From Utricularia gibba (taxonomy: Eukaryota; Plantae; Magnoliophyta), in the NCBI GenBank assembly GCA_002189035.1, contig NEEC01000002.1, positions 5,642,001 to 5,706,000 of the forward strand: 64,000 nt of DNA, written 5' to 3'. A program made the position numbers and the translations under genes. Shown one piece after another: positions 24,901 through 36,800 of the stretch. Position 1 is the stretch's first letter, and every line of letters starts with the position of its first letter. The notes beneath the pieces were generated by a model. That model worked only from the letters and a program-made list of their open reading frames with translations, ran no database searches and was not told the origin of the DNA.

Positions 24901-27900
24901 CCTCCTCCTGATTCTTTTCTAGAATTTCATTTTCAGCCTCGGGCTCCTCTTCTGCTGCCTCTTCTTCATTTCTGGAAATTTCAGCATTTTTCTCCGCAGC
25001 GGGCAGCACTTGTTTTTCTGGTTCAGCAGATTCTTTCTCCAACACATGTTCCTCCCGTGGTCCCTTCTGCTTTTTCGTTCTTTGTTTCTTCTCCTTCTTC
25101 TTAGGCAAGACCTGCGACTCTGTAGGTGGTTCTTCTGCTAGAGTTTTTCTCTTCTTGTAAGTTGCCTGCATGTCCGTCAATTGTTGTTGAAGGCTGATGT
25201 GCTCTGACTTGGAAGATGGGTCCTTTCCATTTTTTTTTGTTTGGAGGACTCCCCAACCTCTGCTGTCTGGGGGATCACGTCCACTTCTTGAGGATTCTCT
25301 GCGGTGACCGCAACAGGCTGAACTACTTCTTCCTAGGTCGGAGCAACAGTGATGGGTGCTTTAGCATCTCTTGTTCCTTCCTTCACTTGCTCCTTTCTTG
25401 TCTTTTTCCGGCCAGTCTTCTCTTTTGCGGCTTTCTTTGTGCTTCTAGTTGCCGGTACCATGTTTCCACAGCTGTAATTTTTCACAGAAAAAATTGCAGA
25501 CAAATGGGTGAAGTGAAGAACAGTAACTGTTCTTCCAAGTACTTTAAGGCAAGAAGGGCATTTTTGTCATTCTTCTCCAGTTCAACTTCCCACTCATCTC
25601 AACGGTCTGATTTTCGTAACTCTCCATCAATAACTCCTCTTAACACTTAAACATTAATTTCCCAGCTGCACAAAATACGGATAAAAATTCTAAAATAACA
25701 ACATTAAACTAAAATTGAAAATTTGAAATTAAAAACTTAACCATGGGTTGCCTCCCACAAGCGCCCTTGTTTATAGTCTTGGACTCGACTTCTCGTGTGG
25801 CTACGTTTCTGGAGCATCCATCAGCTTAACCATCTCCAAATTTCTTGTGAACAGGTTATCCACATTTTCATAAAATAATTTTAATCTATGGCCATTTACC
25901 AAAAATCACTTGTATGAGTCTCTATCAAATATTTCCACTGCTCAATTTGGAAAAATTTCCTTCACAATAAAAGGCCTATCCATTTTGATTTCAGCTTTCC
26001 AGGATGCAATTTCAACCTGGATTGAAATAATAAAACTTTCTGGCCAATCTCAAAATTTCTCCTGGAGATATGCGCATCATGATAACTCTTAGTCCGAGCC
26101 TTGAATAGTTTTGAGCTCTCATACGTATCATGTCTCAACTCCTCCATTTTTGAAAGTTGAAGTTTCCGGTGACTTGCACTAAGGTCCCTATCCAAGTTCA
26201 ACTTCTTCACAGCCCACCAGGCCTTGTGCTCAAGAGCTGCTGGTAATCTACAAGGTTTCCTATAGACCAATCGTAAGGGTGAGGTTCCAATGGGAGTCTT
26301 GTACACTGTTCGTATAGCCCAAAGTACATCTTTCAACCTCATGCTCCAATCCTTCTTGCTTGAGTTCACAACTTTCTCCAGAATTTGTTTGATTTCCTTG
26401 TTGGAGACTTCGGTTTGTCCATTGGTTTGTGGATGGTACGCTGTAGAAGGCTTGTACCAAACATTAAAATGCTTCAAAACACTCCTTAGGGCCTGATTAT
26501 AAAAATGTGTTCCCCTATCACTGATCAGCGCCTTAGGAGTCCCGTATCTCGTGAAGATGTTGTTGTGCAAGAAATTAATCATAGTCTTTGCATCATCAGC
26601 CTGTGTAGGGATTGCCTCAATCCATTTGGAAACATAATCAACCGCAACCAAAATGTAATAGTAACCTGCTGAAGTAGGAAATGGTCCAATAAAATCTATA
26701 CCCCATACATCAAATAATTCACATACCAGGATTCCTTATTGGGGCATTTCATTTCGGTTTGACAAATTTCCTACCCTTTGGCATGGTTCACACCCTTTGC
26801 AATAGGCGTAGCAATCTCTGAAAATATGTGGCCAATAAAATCTGCAATCTAGAATTTTTCTTGCTGTTCTATTTGGTCCATGATGGCCACCAAAAGGTCT
26901 TGCATGACAATAATCAATTATTTTTGGAATTTCATTTTCATGAACACACCTTCTAATGACACCATCATTGCATCTCTTCCATAAATATGGATCATCCCAT
27001 ATGTAGTATTTGGCATCACTCTTAAGCTTGTTCCTTGCATGATAGTCCATTCTAGATGGCATCACCCCTGTTGAAACAAAATTCGCAAGATCAGCAAACC
27101 ATGGTTCACGTATATTGGTACGAATTGAGAATAGTTGTTCATCCGAAAACGTTTCAGTGATGATTCCATCTTCTTCACTTCCTTCAATCCTGCTGAGGTG
27201 ATCAGCCACAAGGTTCTCCCGTCTAGGCCAGTCCTTTATCTCAACATCAAACTCTTGGACAAGAAGGACCCATCTAATAAGTCTTAGTTTGGAATCCTTC
27301 TCCATCAAGTGCTTCACCGCCGAATGATCAGTGTATACCACCACTTTGCTACCGAAAAGATAGGAACGAAATTTTTCTAATGCAAAAATAACAGTAAGAA
27401 ATTCCCTTTCAGTAATGGTGTAATTTTTCTAGGCCTCATCTAAAGTTTTCGAAGCATATGAGATAACATGGTGCTTTCCTTCAATTTTCTGTCCCAAAAC
27501 AGCACCCACAACATGATTATGATTACTTGCATCACACATGATCTCAAAATCATATTTCCAATCAGATGGTTGCATCACAAGTGCAGTAGTAATAGTCTTT
27601 TTCAAAGAATTAAAAGGACGCTTACATGAATCATCAAAATCAAAGGCAACATCATTATGCAACAACCTACTAAGAGGCAAGGCAATTTTCGAAAAATTCT
27701 TAATAAACCTCCTATAAAAACCAACATGTCCTAAAAATGATCTAATACCTTTCACATCAATAGGATAGAGAAGTTCATACATAATCTCAATTTTTGCCTT
27801 ATCTACCTCAATCTTTTTTTTTGAAATCACATGGCCTAAAACAATTCCATGATCCACCATAAAATGACATTTTTCAAAATTTAAAACCAGATTTTTTTAA

Positions 27901-30900
27901 CCACATTTCTTCAAAACCTGATCTAAATGGTCTACGCATGACTCAAAATTTTCTCCATATACCATAAAATCATCTATATATATTTCAATAAAATCATCAC
28001 CAAAATTTGAGAAAATACTGATCATACACCTCTGAAATGTAGCTGGGGCGTTACACAATTCGAAATGCATCCTCCTATAAGCATAAGTTCCAAATGGACA
28101 TGTGAAGGTTGTCTTGTCTTAGTCTTGCCCTGAAATAGGAACCTAATTATATCCAGAATATCCATCCAAAAAACAATAAAACGATTTTCCAGCCAATTTT
28201 TCCAACATCTGATTAATAAAGGGCAAAGGATAAGGTCTTTCTTTGTCACTTCATTTAATTTTCGATAGTCAATGCAAATACTCCATCCATTTTGCACCCT
28301 TTGCGGAACAAGCTCGCATTTCTCATTCTCCACCACGGTCCTCCCTGTCTTCTTTGGCACAACATGAATGTGGCTCACCCATTCACTATCTGTAATAGAG
28401 TAAATAATCCCTGCATCATGGAGTTTAACAATTTCTTTTCTTACCGCCTCCATCATGTTAGGGTTGAGGCGTCTTTGTGGTTGACGAACTGGTTTTGCAC
28501 CATCCTCTAGAAATATTCTGTGCATGCATATGGATGGGTAGATCCCCTCAATGTCATCAAGCGTCCAACCTATTGCCTTCTTGTTTCTGTTCAGGACCTC
28601 GAGCAGTTGCGACTCTTGATCTGAGCTCAGACCAGTGGAGATGATAGATTCCTGAACTCTGCATCAAGGAAAGCATATTTTAAATGATTAGGCAACGGTT
28701 TTAATTCAGCTAACCTCTCTTCTTGAGTCTTGGCTTGCACCATATTTAATTGCTCGAATTTTTCTTCAACTTCAAATTTTGCAAATAAGGATTCTTCATG
28801 AGTCTCTTCCTTTTCTTGAATTTCTTTCTTCAAGTGCTCCTCAATAAATCCATCCATTACATCTACAGTACAAATGCTCTCAAAATCACTAGGATAATTC
28901 TTGACATCCTTCATGTCTAGTGTGATTTTGTCTTCATCAAAAGAAAGCTCAATGGTTCCCATCTTCACGTTGATGATAGCATTTGAGGTGCTCAAGAATG
29001 GTCTCCCTAAAATAATTGTCGTGTCCTTTGATCCTCCAGTGGACATGTTGACCACATAAAAATCAGCTGGGAATACCAAATGCTCAATCTTCACCAGAAT
29101 ATCCTCTACTAGGCCCTTGGGAGAAATCACTCTCCTATCTGCTAACTCAATTTGCACACCCGATGCTTGCAAAGGTCCCAACCAAAGTGCCTCATAAACA
29201 GAATTCGACAGGACATTTATAGAAGCTCCAAAGTCTGCCATAGCTCTCCTAATGCACAAATCCCCTATTTTCCATGGAATAAAAAATGTACTCGGATCCT
29301 TACGCTTCTCGGGTAATTTCCATGTAAGAAGTGCTAAGCAACTTTCACTCAACTTCACCTTGCCCTTCTCCTTCAGCTTTGGTTTGGACATACACAATTG
29401 CTTCAAATATTTAATACTCTTTGGCACAAGTTCAATATACTCTAAAAGAGTCAAATTCAATTGAGTGTTTCCCAATGCTTTCAACATTTTCTCCTTCTCG
29501 GATTGCTCTTCTTTTAGCTTCAGCCTTCCTAGAAAAGGAGGCAAGGTCACCTTCACCGTGACAGGTTCTGGAAGTACCTCAACTTCACCTCACTTTGTAC
29601 AACAACTTCGTACTCTTCTATTTTGTTCTCCTTAGTCTCAGGCTGGACTAATTCTCGTCCAGGTTTCTCTTTTCCACTTTTAAGTGTCATGGTTCTGATG
29701 TTCAGTCCTCCACTGGAATTTGGGTTTGGCTTGGGTTGAGATGGTAAACTCCCTTTTTGTTTTAGGTCTCCAAGCTCTGCTACTAACTGACTCACTTGGA
29801 CCTCCAAATTCCGGATTACTTGTTGATTTTCAGCTTGATTTTTAATTGATTGCGCCATGAATGTCTTCAAAATTTCCTCCAACGAATTTCCAAAATTTCC
29901 TCCAGCATTGCCTTGATTTGAGGTTTGAAATGGCTGTTGGTTTTGCCTTCGAAATGGAGGCGCCTAATAAGATCTTTGCTCTTGAAAATTCTGCTGCCCC
30001 ATGGTCGAGCTTTCTCCTTTATAAGAATTTTCGTTGTTGCTCCAACGAAAATTTGGATGATCTCTTCAGCCTAGGTTGTAAGTATTAGAATAAGGGTCAT
30101 ATTTCTTCCTTTGCTGGGGTTCCAAGTATCCCATAGCTTTGACATGCTCTTCCTCAAATAAATCTGGGCATTTGTCCACAACATGCCTTGTTTTATGACA
30201 GTTTCTGCACGGCATGTTCTTGGCTTGGAATAAGAACAACTCCTTCATCATTTTTGACATAGCAGGAACATTTTTTGTGAGTTTGGTCTCTGAAGTCCTA
30301 GGCTTGCTCTCCACTTCATACACCCTCTTGTTTGAGGTTTGCTTCCTGATAATATGTCTTGAATGCTCAGCCAACTCCTCAAGCAAGGAAAGAGCTTCAG
30401 TTGGTGTCTTTTTTCTTAGAAATCCTCCTGCCGCTGAATCTACCATTGCTCGGTCAATGCATAATAATCCATCATAGAAGTATTTGACCAAAGCATTAGT
30501 ATGAAAACAATGGTGTGGGCAGGATCCCAAAAGATGATTAAATCTCTCCCAATATTCATGCAATGATTCTCCATTCATTTGTTCAACATCACTGATTTCT
30601 TTACTAATGCCTTCAGCCTTGGAAGCTGGAAAATACTTGCTCAAAAACACCTTCTTCATTCTAACCCAATCGGTTATGCTTCTAGGCCTAAGTGAGTTGA
30701 ACCACGTTTTGGCTCCTCCTTCCAAAGTAAATTGGAAGGCTCTCAAACAAATGGAATCTTCAGTCATTCCTGCTCTCTTGAATGATGTGCATACCACTGT
30801 TACGTTGTCAAGATGCTCATGGGGGTTCTCCAATTTTTCCATAAAACATGGGCAAAAAATTTATCATCGTCGGTTTCAGCTCATTTGCTCTATCCTCTGG

Positions 30901-32549
30901 AAATCTGATGCACAAACCCCTATAAGTATGATCAGTAGCATCCAATTCGTTCAGCCATTGTGAAATTGCTGTTAGTCTCGTGTGGGAGCTACCTCAATCT
31001 GCTCGCTTCCCTAACTCTTACCCTTTTCTTGCTAATAGCTCTCTCAATTTCTGGAAGGAAAGTGAGATTACCGCTCCCCGACAACAGCGCCAATTTGATG
31101 AACAGGATTTTCCCAATATCATTGCAAATAAAAATAGAAAATGCGTATCAAATAAATTTATAGTCCCTAATCTATACAAAATACAAATTTAGAAAACTTG
31201 TATAGTAGATGTCGGGGACGATCATGAAGAGCTTGTGCTTGCTAAGTGTTCTAGTAAATGCATGACTCGGGATAATAGTAGATATTAGTTTAAGCTCGGA
31301 CAAATAGTGGTAAACAAGTTCAGTAAACAAGGTAGGTAAGCAATATCAGGTCTTGACGCTAAGGTAACATGTATTAGTTTTGACTCAGACTAATACGAGG
31401 ACGCCTTAAGAATCTGCGGGTGGTGTCATACTAAGGTTCCTAACTTAATTTGCTATCTTCCTACACTCACAACTTCTAATAACCTAGGTCTACCCAGGTC
31501 ACTCATAATATTTTTGGCTTAAGTTAGTCCTCAATATCATAACCAATATTGCAATTAGGTCTACCCACATGCAAGGTATATAGAACTAGGTCTACCCGTT
31601 TCTACTAGTTCTATCCTGGACTAACACTGACTGCTCCCGTCTTGGTTTGTTGGTCTACCTCTAAACCAAGCTTCTAAGTTGTGGAACTACTTGTTTCCCT
31701 CCTTAGGTCTACCCATGGTTTGTTAGAAACAAGAGTTAAGGAATATACATAAATTTCATCATTAACCCTAAGCACACACCACACCCCTTCACCTTAAGGC
31801 ATTCTTAAGACTCTAGCCACTCATGCTTTGGAAATAAAACATGATTTCATTCATATAAGCTGGCTAAAATAGCAGAAACATTGTAAACAAGTCAATTGCA
31901 AAAACTCGAAATGTTTAGAAAACTAGAAAGTAAATAAAGATTATTCTTCCGCCCGTTAGCTACTGTTCACAACCCAGAACAATAGCGCTGGACTGGGCTC
32001 CGGTGCTGTTCTTAATGATGGAGGTGTTTCTCCCCCCCCTCCCCCGGTTGGTGTTTCTCCCGTTGGGGAAAAAGACCCCCTTGCGTTCCCCCTTCCTCCG
32101 TTCTCTCTCTTTGTCTTCGAGTGGGGAAGAAAATGTGCTCTCCTTCCTGCTCTCTCCTTTTCGAAAATAATATCTTCCCTCATTTACTCCCAAGCACTGT
32201 TCTTGACTGCTAGTATTGTTTGTGATTGCCAGTACTACTCTTGGCCTGAACTTGCAGACTGCGATAGCAGCAAAATAATACTCTTTGTCCTTCTCTGAAT
32301 TTTGTGCCCTTTTTCGCTTGTTTCACATGCTTGCTTGTCTGGTTTTCGGCTCATCTCCCTACTGAACTTACTAAAACATTAGTAACAAGATTTGTGGACT
32401 AAATCAAAGATTTAGTCCACTTTTCAACATAATCCCATAGGATTAACATAAACACCATTAAAATATGAAAAACCATATCTATCCGACCTAAATCATAATA
32501 AAATATAGCTATTTTATGTTATGAATTTAAAAAAAAATGTGTATCATCA
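21990..32549 (-). mobile_element. Ty3/Gypsy Athila-like LTR retrotransposon, degenerate, 3' LTR truncated
   Basis: 5' LTR 31096-32549 starts TGATG. tRNA-Asp-type PBS TGGCGCTGTTGTCGGGGAG 31074-31092. Gag 30066-30842, protease 28627-29556, RT/RH about 27350-28525, integrase 25962-27344, extra ORF. 3' LTR remnant about 21990-22743. Confidence 0.92.
23636..25500 (-). pseudogene. Athila extra (env-like) ORF, fragmented
   Basis: Lies between integrase and 3' LTR. Lys/Glu-rich N-terminal part (24749..25180), then ...VCFRLMDTEFSFSLAEWNVALGF... (23636..24427), typical of the Athila post-pol ORF. Confidence 0.65.
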
Positions 32550-32917
32550 ACATGTCTATTCCACAGCTTAAACACCAATCAGAGAGGCACGCATCAGACA
32601 TAAGAAACCATAGAAGATGCATAAATATCAAGAACTGCAACAAGAAATGTCAAATCATGGCTCTGCATTTGGAATATTTGGAAGTGACGCACACCCTTTG
32701 AAAGTTTAGTTCTAACGTAATTTGACACCTTAAAATAAGATAAACAGAAAGAACATTCAATAAAAATGTCAAGTTGTGCAGTTAAAGAAGAGCATTAATC
32801 AGAAAGAACGTTCAATAAAATGCAGTTAAGGATAAATCAAAAGATTTCAAATGCACTTTTACTAACGAATCCAATCTAAAGACTGAAAGAAAATTAATAG
32901 CATTCATGAATTGTAAA
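32550..32917 (+). repeat. Direct duplication, copy B (exon deleted)
   Basis: Homologous to 21384-21974, with 239 bp replaced by a 22-bp filler at 32805-32826. Confidence 0.9.
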
Positions 32918-33246
32918 AACAAAAACTAATAACCCGAGTAACAGGGATGTCTGTGATACATTATACAGCAAATTTTTTGGGAAAAATCTCTGATGAAATA
33001 TAACATATCTCACATGCTCAAAAGACTACTGCATTAGGGATGGAAATGCCACCCAACAATGAATGTGATGGACATAAACCATAGGATATGAAATTTTAAT
33101 TTTTTGAGGCATGCGTTTTGCTGAAAGACAATAAGCATCACATTCTACCCAATGAAGGAAAATGGAGTGCATTATTTTCCCCAGGTTCCATCAAAATATT
33201 TTTCCATGCAAAAAAAAAAAATCTAGTACGACTGATATTGACATAC

Positions 33247-33875
33247 CTGAGAGGAGGTGACAGAACAAAGTGTAGCAGAGCTCACAACAGGTTTTTCTGA
33301 GTTCTTTTGAACATAGCTAGTTTTTATGGGTAGATGTGGTAAATAAATTTTCTTCAGAACATTGATAGATACCATAAAAATTGCAGCTACACTAATTGCG
33401 GAAAAGGCGTTCAATAAAAAATTTCCCTGAAATAAATGATAAAAATGATGTATTTAGAAACAATATGACACAACGACATTATAATATTGTCCATGAACGT
33501 TGCAGGATAAAGAATTATGCAAATCATAAGAAAATCTATATTTCACTAAAATAAAGATAAGGAGTATCATGCATATCCACGAATGCAACCCTAACAATTC
33601 TTAGCGGTCGCATATAAATAAAAAAATTACCTTACTCAATGCCTTGCTGGGAGATTTTGCAACAGCATGACATGATAGCTTCTTATTAGGAAGCGTGAAG
33701 ACATCCTCATAATACATATCCAGGACGTCAGCCAAACAGGCCTGCAGAATGTTTATCAGAGGCTAAAGATAGTACTACAATCATTCATGCACAATCGAAC
33801 TAGAGAGAAATCTTAACAAAAGCTTTATAAAGATGACAAAATAAACCTTTACCCAGATAGAATAAACAACACTCC
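33247..33875 (-). CDS. Middle exons of the same unnamed gene
   Basis: Phase-0 exons 33631-33741 (ACLADVLDMYYEDVFTLPNKK..) and 33247-33426 (GNFLLNAFSAISVAAIF..SSQ) join in frame to exon 21651-21878. An exon end VVYSIWVK|gt at 33847 is interrupted by Copia D. Confidence 0.7.
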
Positions 33876-36800
33876 TGTTGACGAATCAACTCAGTGGAGG
33901 AATAAGGATGCTGGAAGAAATAAGGAAGTGGAGTGATAAGGTTACTCAGGTTTCGAAGGTTGATTATCCGAGTAACTAAATGCCCTCAACTTGGAATCCT
34001 TAAATGAAGGATTCCAAGTTCTGGGTTTGTTTCTGGCGCACATGTGGTTCAAGGAAGCGGTTAACGATAGAGCCTGTATTAAGAGTATTTTTAGGATCTA
34101 CAACAACCCAGCTCTATGCTCTATTTAAACTTGTTGTACCACAATACATTTTGTGTAGTGGAATAATATTTTTTTTCCTTCTTCATTCGTTTTCTTTTTG
34201 GTATCAGAGCGATCGATTGTGTCCTTCAGCCGATTCACATCCTTGGCATTAAAACCTTCTGCACACTACAGTCATGACCACCACCAACAACATCATTAAT
34301 CCACTCATCGCCACCCTCAATGTCTCGAATTTCATCTTAGTAAAGCTCACTTCCACCAACTACCCTCTTTGGAAAGAAATGGCATTGGGCCTCGCTGAAA
34401 CACAGGGTCTCATTGGATATCTAACAGGAGAAACACCTCCACCTAACCAGCCTGAAGCTACAGAATATCAGACTTGGAAGCGCTGCGATCGTCTACTCCG
34501 AAGCTGGATCATGAGCACCATCTCAGAAGAATCTTGGTAGTTAATCTTAGGATGTGAGTCAACCAAAGCAATCTGGGAAGCCCTGGGCGATGCCTATGCC
34601 CAAAACACCGAAGAAAGAAAATATGCCTTACGCCACCAACTGATTCAGTCTCTTGATGACCATCTCATGAAATTTAAGTCACTAATAGATCAATTGGCTT
34701 CTGTAGGTGAAACAGTACCTGATGGTGAAAAGGTTTATGCTCTCCTCACCAGTCTCGACAGGGGTATCAGGCCTTTACCACAACAATGCTCAAGGATCCA
34801 CGACCAACCTATCGGGATCTTATCCCTCAACTACAGAGCTTTGAGATGCGAAAAAAAATGGTTGATGATGTGGAACAGTCACACACTATGTATTCACCCT
34901 CAATGGCTTTTGTTGCAGTAGGTCAAGATGCCACCGAGCCAAGATTTACCTTCACCGATTGTGGTTTCACAGCCCAACAGTGTGGTGCAACAAACCAGAC
35001 AGGTGCCTCATGCCAACCACTCAATGCAATCAATCAACGGAATACCCATACAAACTCCAACATGGTGTAGGGAAGAGGTCCTCCATCTCCACCGGGAAAA
35101 CATAGAATGACCCTCATCGAAAGAGAATGCTATAGGAATGAGGTTTGTCAAATCTGTAACCTACAAGGGCATATTGCAAAAATTTGCTGGTGACTCCCAG
35201 GACCTCAATCCGCACTGAAAGAAACCTTACTTCCACATGCACTCGCAAACCTCACCATCGACAACACATTGATGGAAACAGAATGGACTGCCGACACCGG
35301 AGCCACAAATCACATGATCAGTAAGAAAAAACTACTCACTCACTTAGATCGTGTTTTAGGTAATGAAGGAGTGGTAATAGGAGATGGGACCTCCATTCCA
35401 ATTACAGGCGTTGGTACTTCCACACTGAGACAAAATAATGCCATCATACCTTTAAAAAATGTGTTATATGTTCCTGGACTGATTAAGAATTTGCTTACTA
35501 TTTCTCAGCTGACATCTGATCATCCTATCAACTGTGAGTTAACTGACAATGGTTTTCTTATAAAGGAACGAGTAATGGGACGTCCCAAGATCCAAGGACA
35601 GCATAAAAGGGGTCTCTATGTGATATAGGATTCACCAGCAACCTATTTTTCTTATCGCTTCAATTCCTGCTTGCCTGAATTATGGCACCAGCATCTTGGA
35701 CATCCTCAAGATGCTATGGTTCCATTATTAAAAAATAAAGGCTTGATAATTGTGAACAAGTCCAATCAGTCTTCATTCTGTGATAGCTGCCAATTCGGAA
35801 AGCTTTCCAAGTTACCTTTTATTCAATCAGACTCTATCTCTACTACACCTTTTGAAAAAATTTTCTGTGATTTATGGGGACCAGCACCCGTTGTGTCTCA
35901 CGCTGGTTTTCGTTATTATGCGTGCTTTGTGGATGCATACTCCAGATTTATGTGGTTTTTTCCGCTTAAAAATAAATGTGATTTATCTCCTGCATTCATT
36001 CAGTATGAAAAATACATTCAGCGTCAATTTCAAAGGCCTATTAAAATCTTCCAAACTGACAATGGAGGGGAATTTGTTAATAATACCCTCAAGTCCTTTT
36101 TTTTGCAGACAGGAATGCAGCACATTTTTTACTGCCCGCATACACATGAACAAATGGGTATGGTTGAAAGGAGACAAAGAACTATTCATGAACATGGAAT
36201 TACTCTATTATTTCATAGTGGGTTACCACTATCACTCCAGGTGGAGGCTTTTGAAACAATTGTGTACTTGCTAAATCGACTACCATCTATCTCACAAAAA
36301 AGGGAGTCCCCTTATTTTTACTTATTTGACTCTCACCCAAACTATTCAATATTGAGAGTATTTGGTGCTAAATGCTTTCCTTACCTTTGGGATACAAAGA
36401 AAAACAAGTTTTCTCCAAAAACTACACTCTGTGTTTTTATTGGTTACAGTAATACCCACAAAGGGTATCGCTGCTTTGACCCTGTTACCAAGAAAATTTA
36501 TACATCACGTCATGTAATTTTTTATGAAAAAACTTTTCCGTTTAAACCTACTTACGATGTGTCTCCACCTTCCTTAGGTTTGATCTCCAAACTCTTTGAT
36601 AAATGGACTCAAGAACTACCCCTTCACACTCCAGAAGTTGGCTCAAATCTTGATGGTTCCCCTTCAGTAGCCGCATCTGGAGGCCCCAATCCTTTGCCTG
36701 AGTTTCCCATTTCCGTCCCGTTACATATATCAACTGCAGCCCACTTGGTCAGGCATGCTGAAAACTTACTGCACTAGATGAGAGTCACCCACATACCCCA

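Noticed and set aside
32026-32083. C-rich insertion in the Athila 5' LTR (G-rich on the sense strand), possible G-quadruplex
   Set aside because: Loops are too long for a canonical G4, and the stretch is absent from the other LTR.
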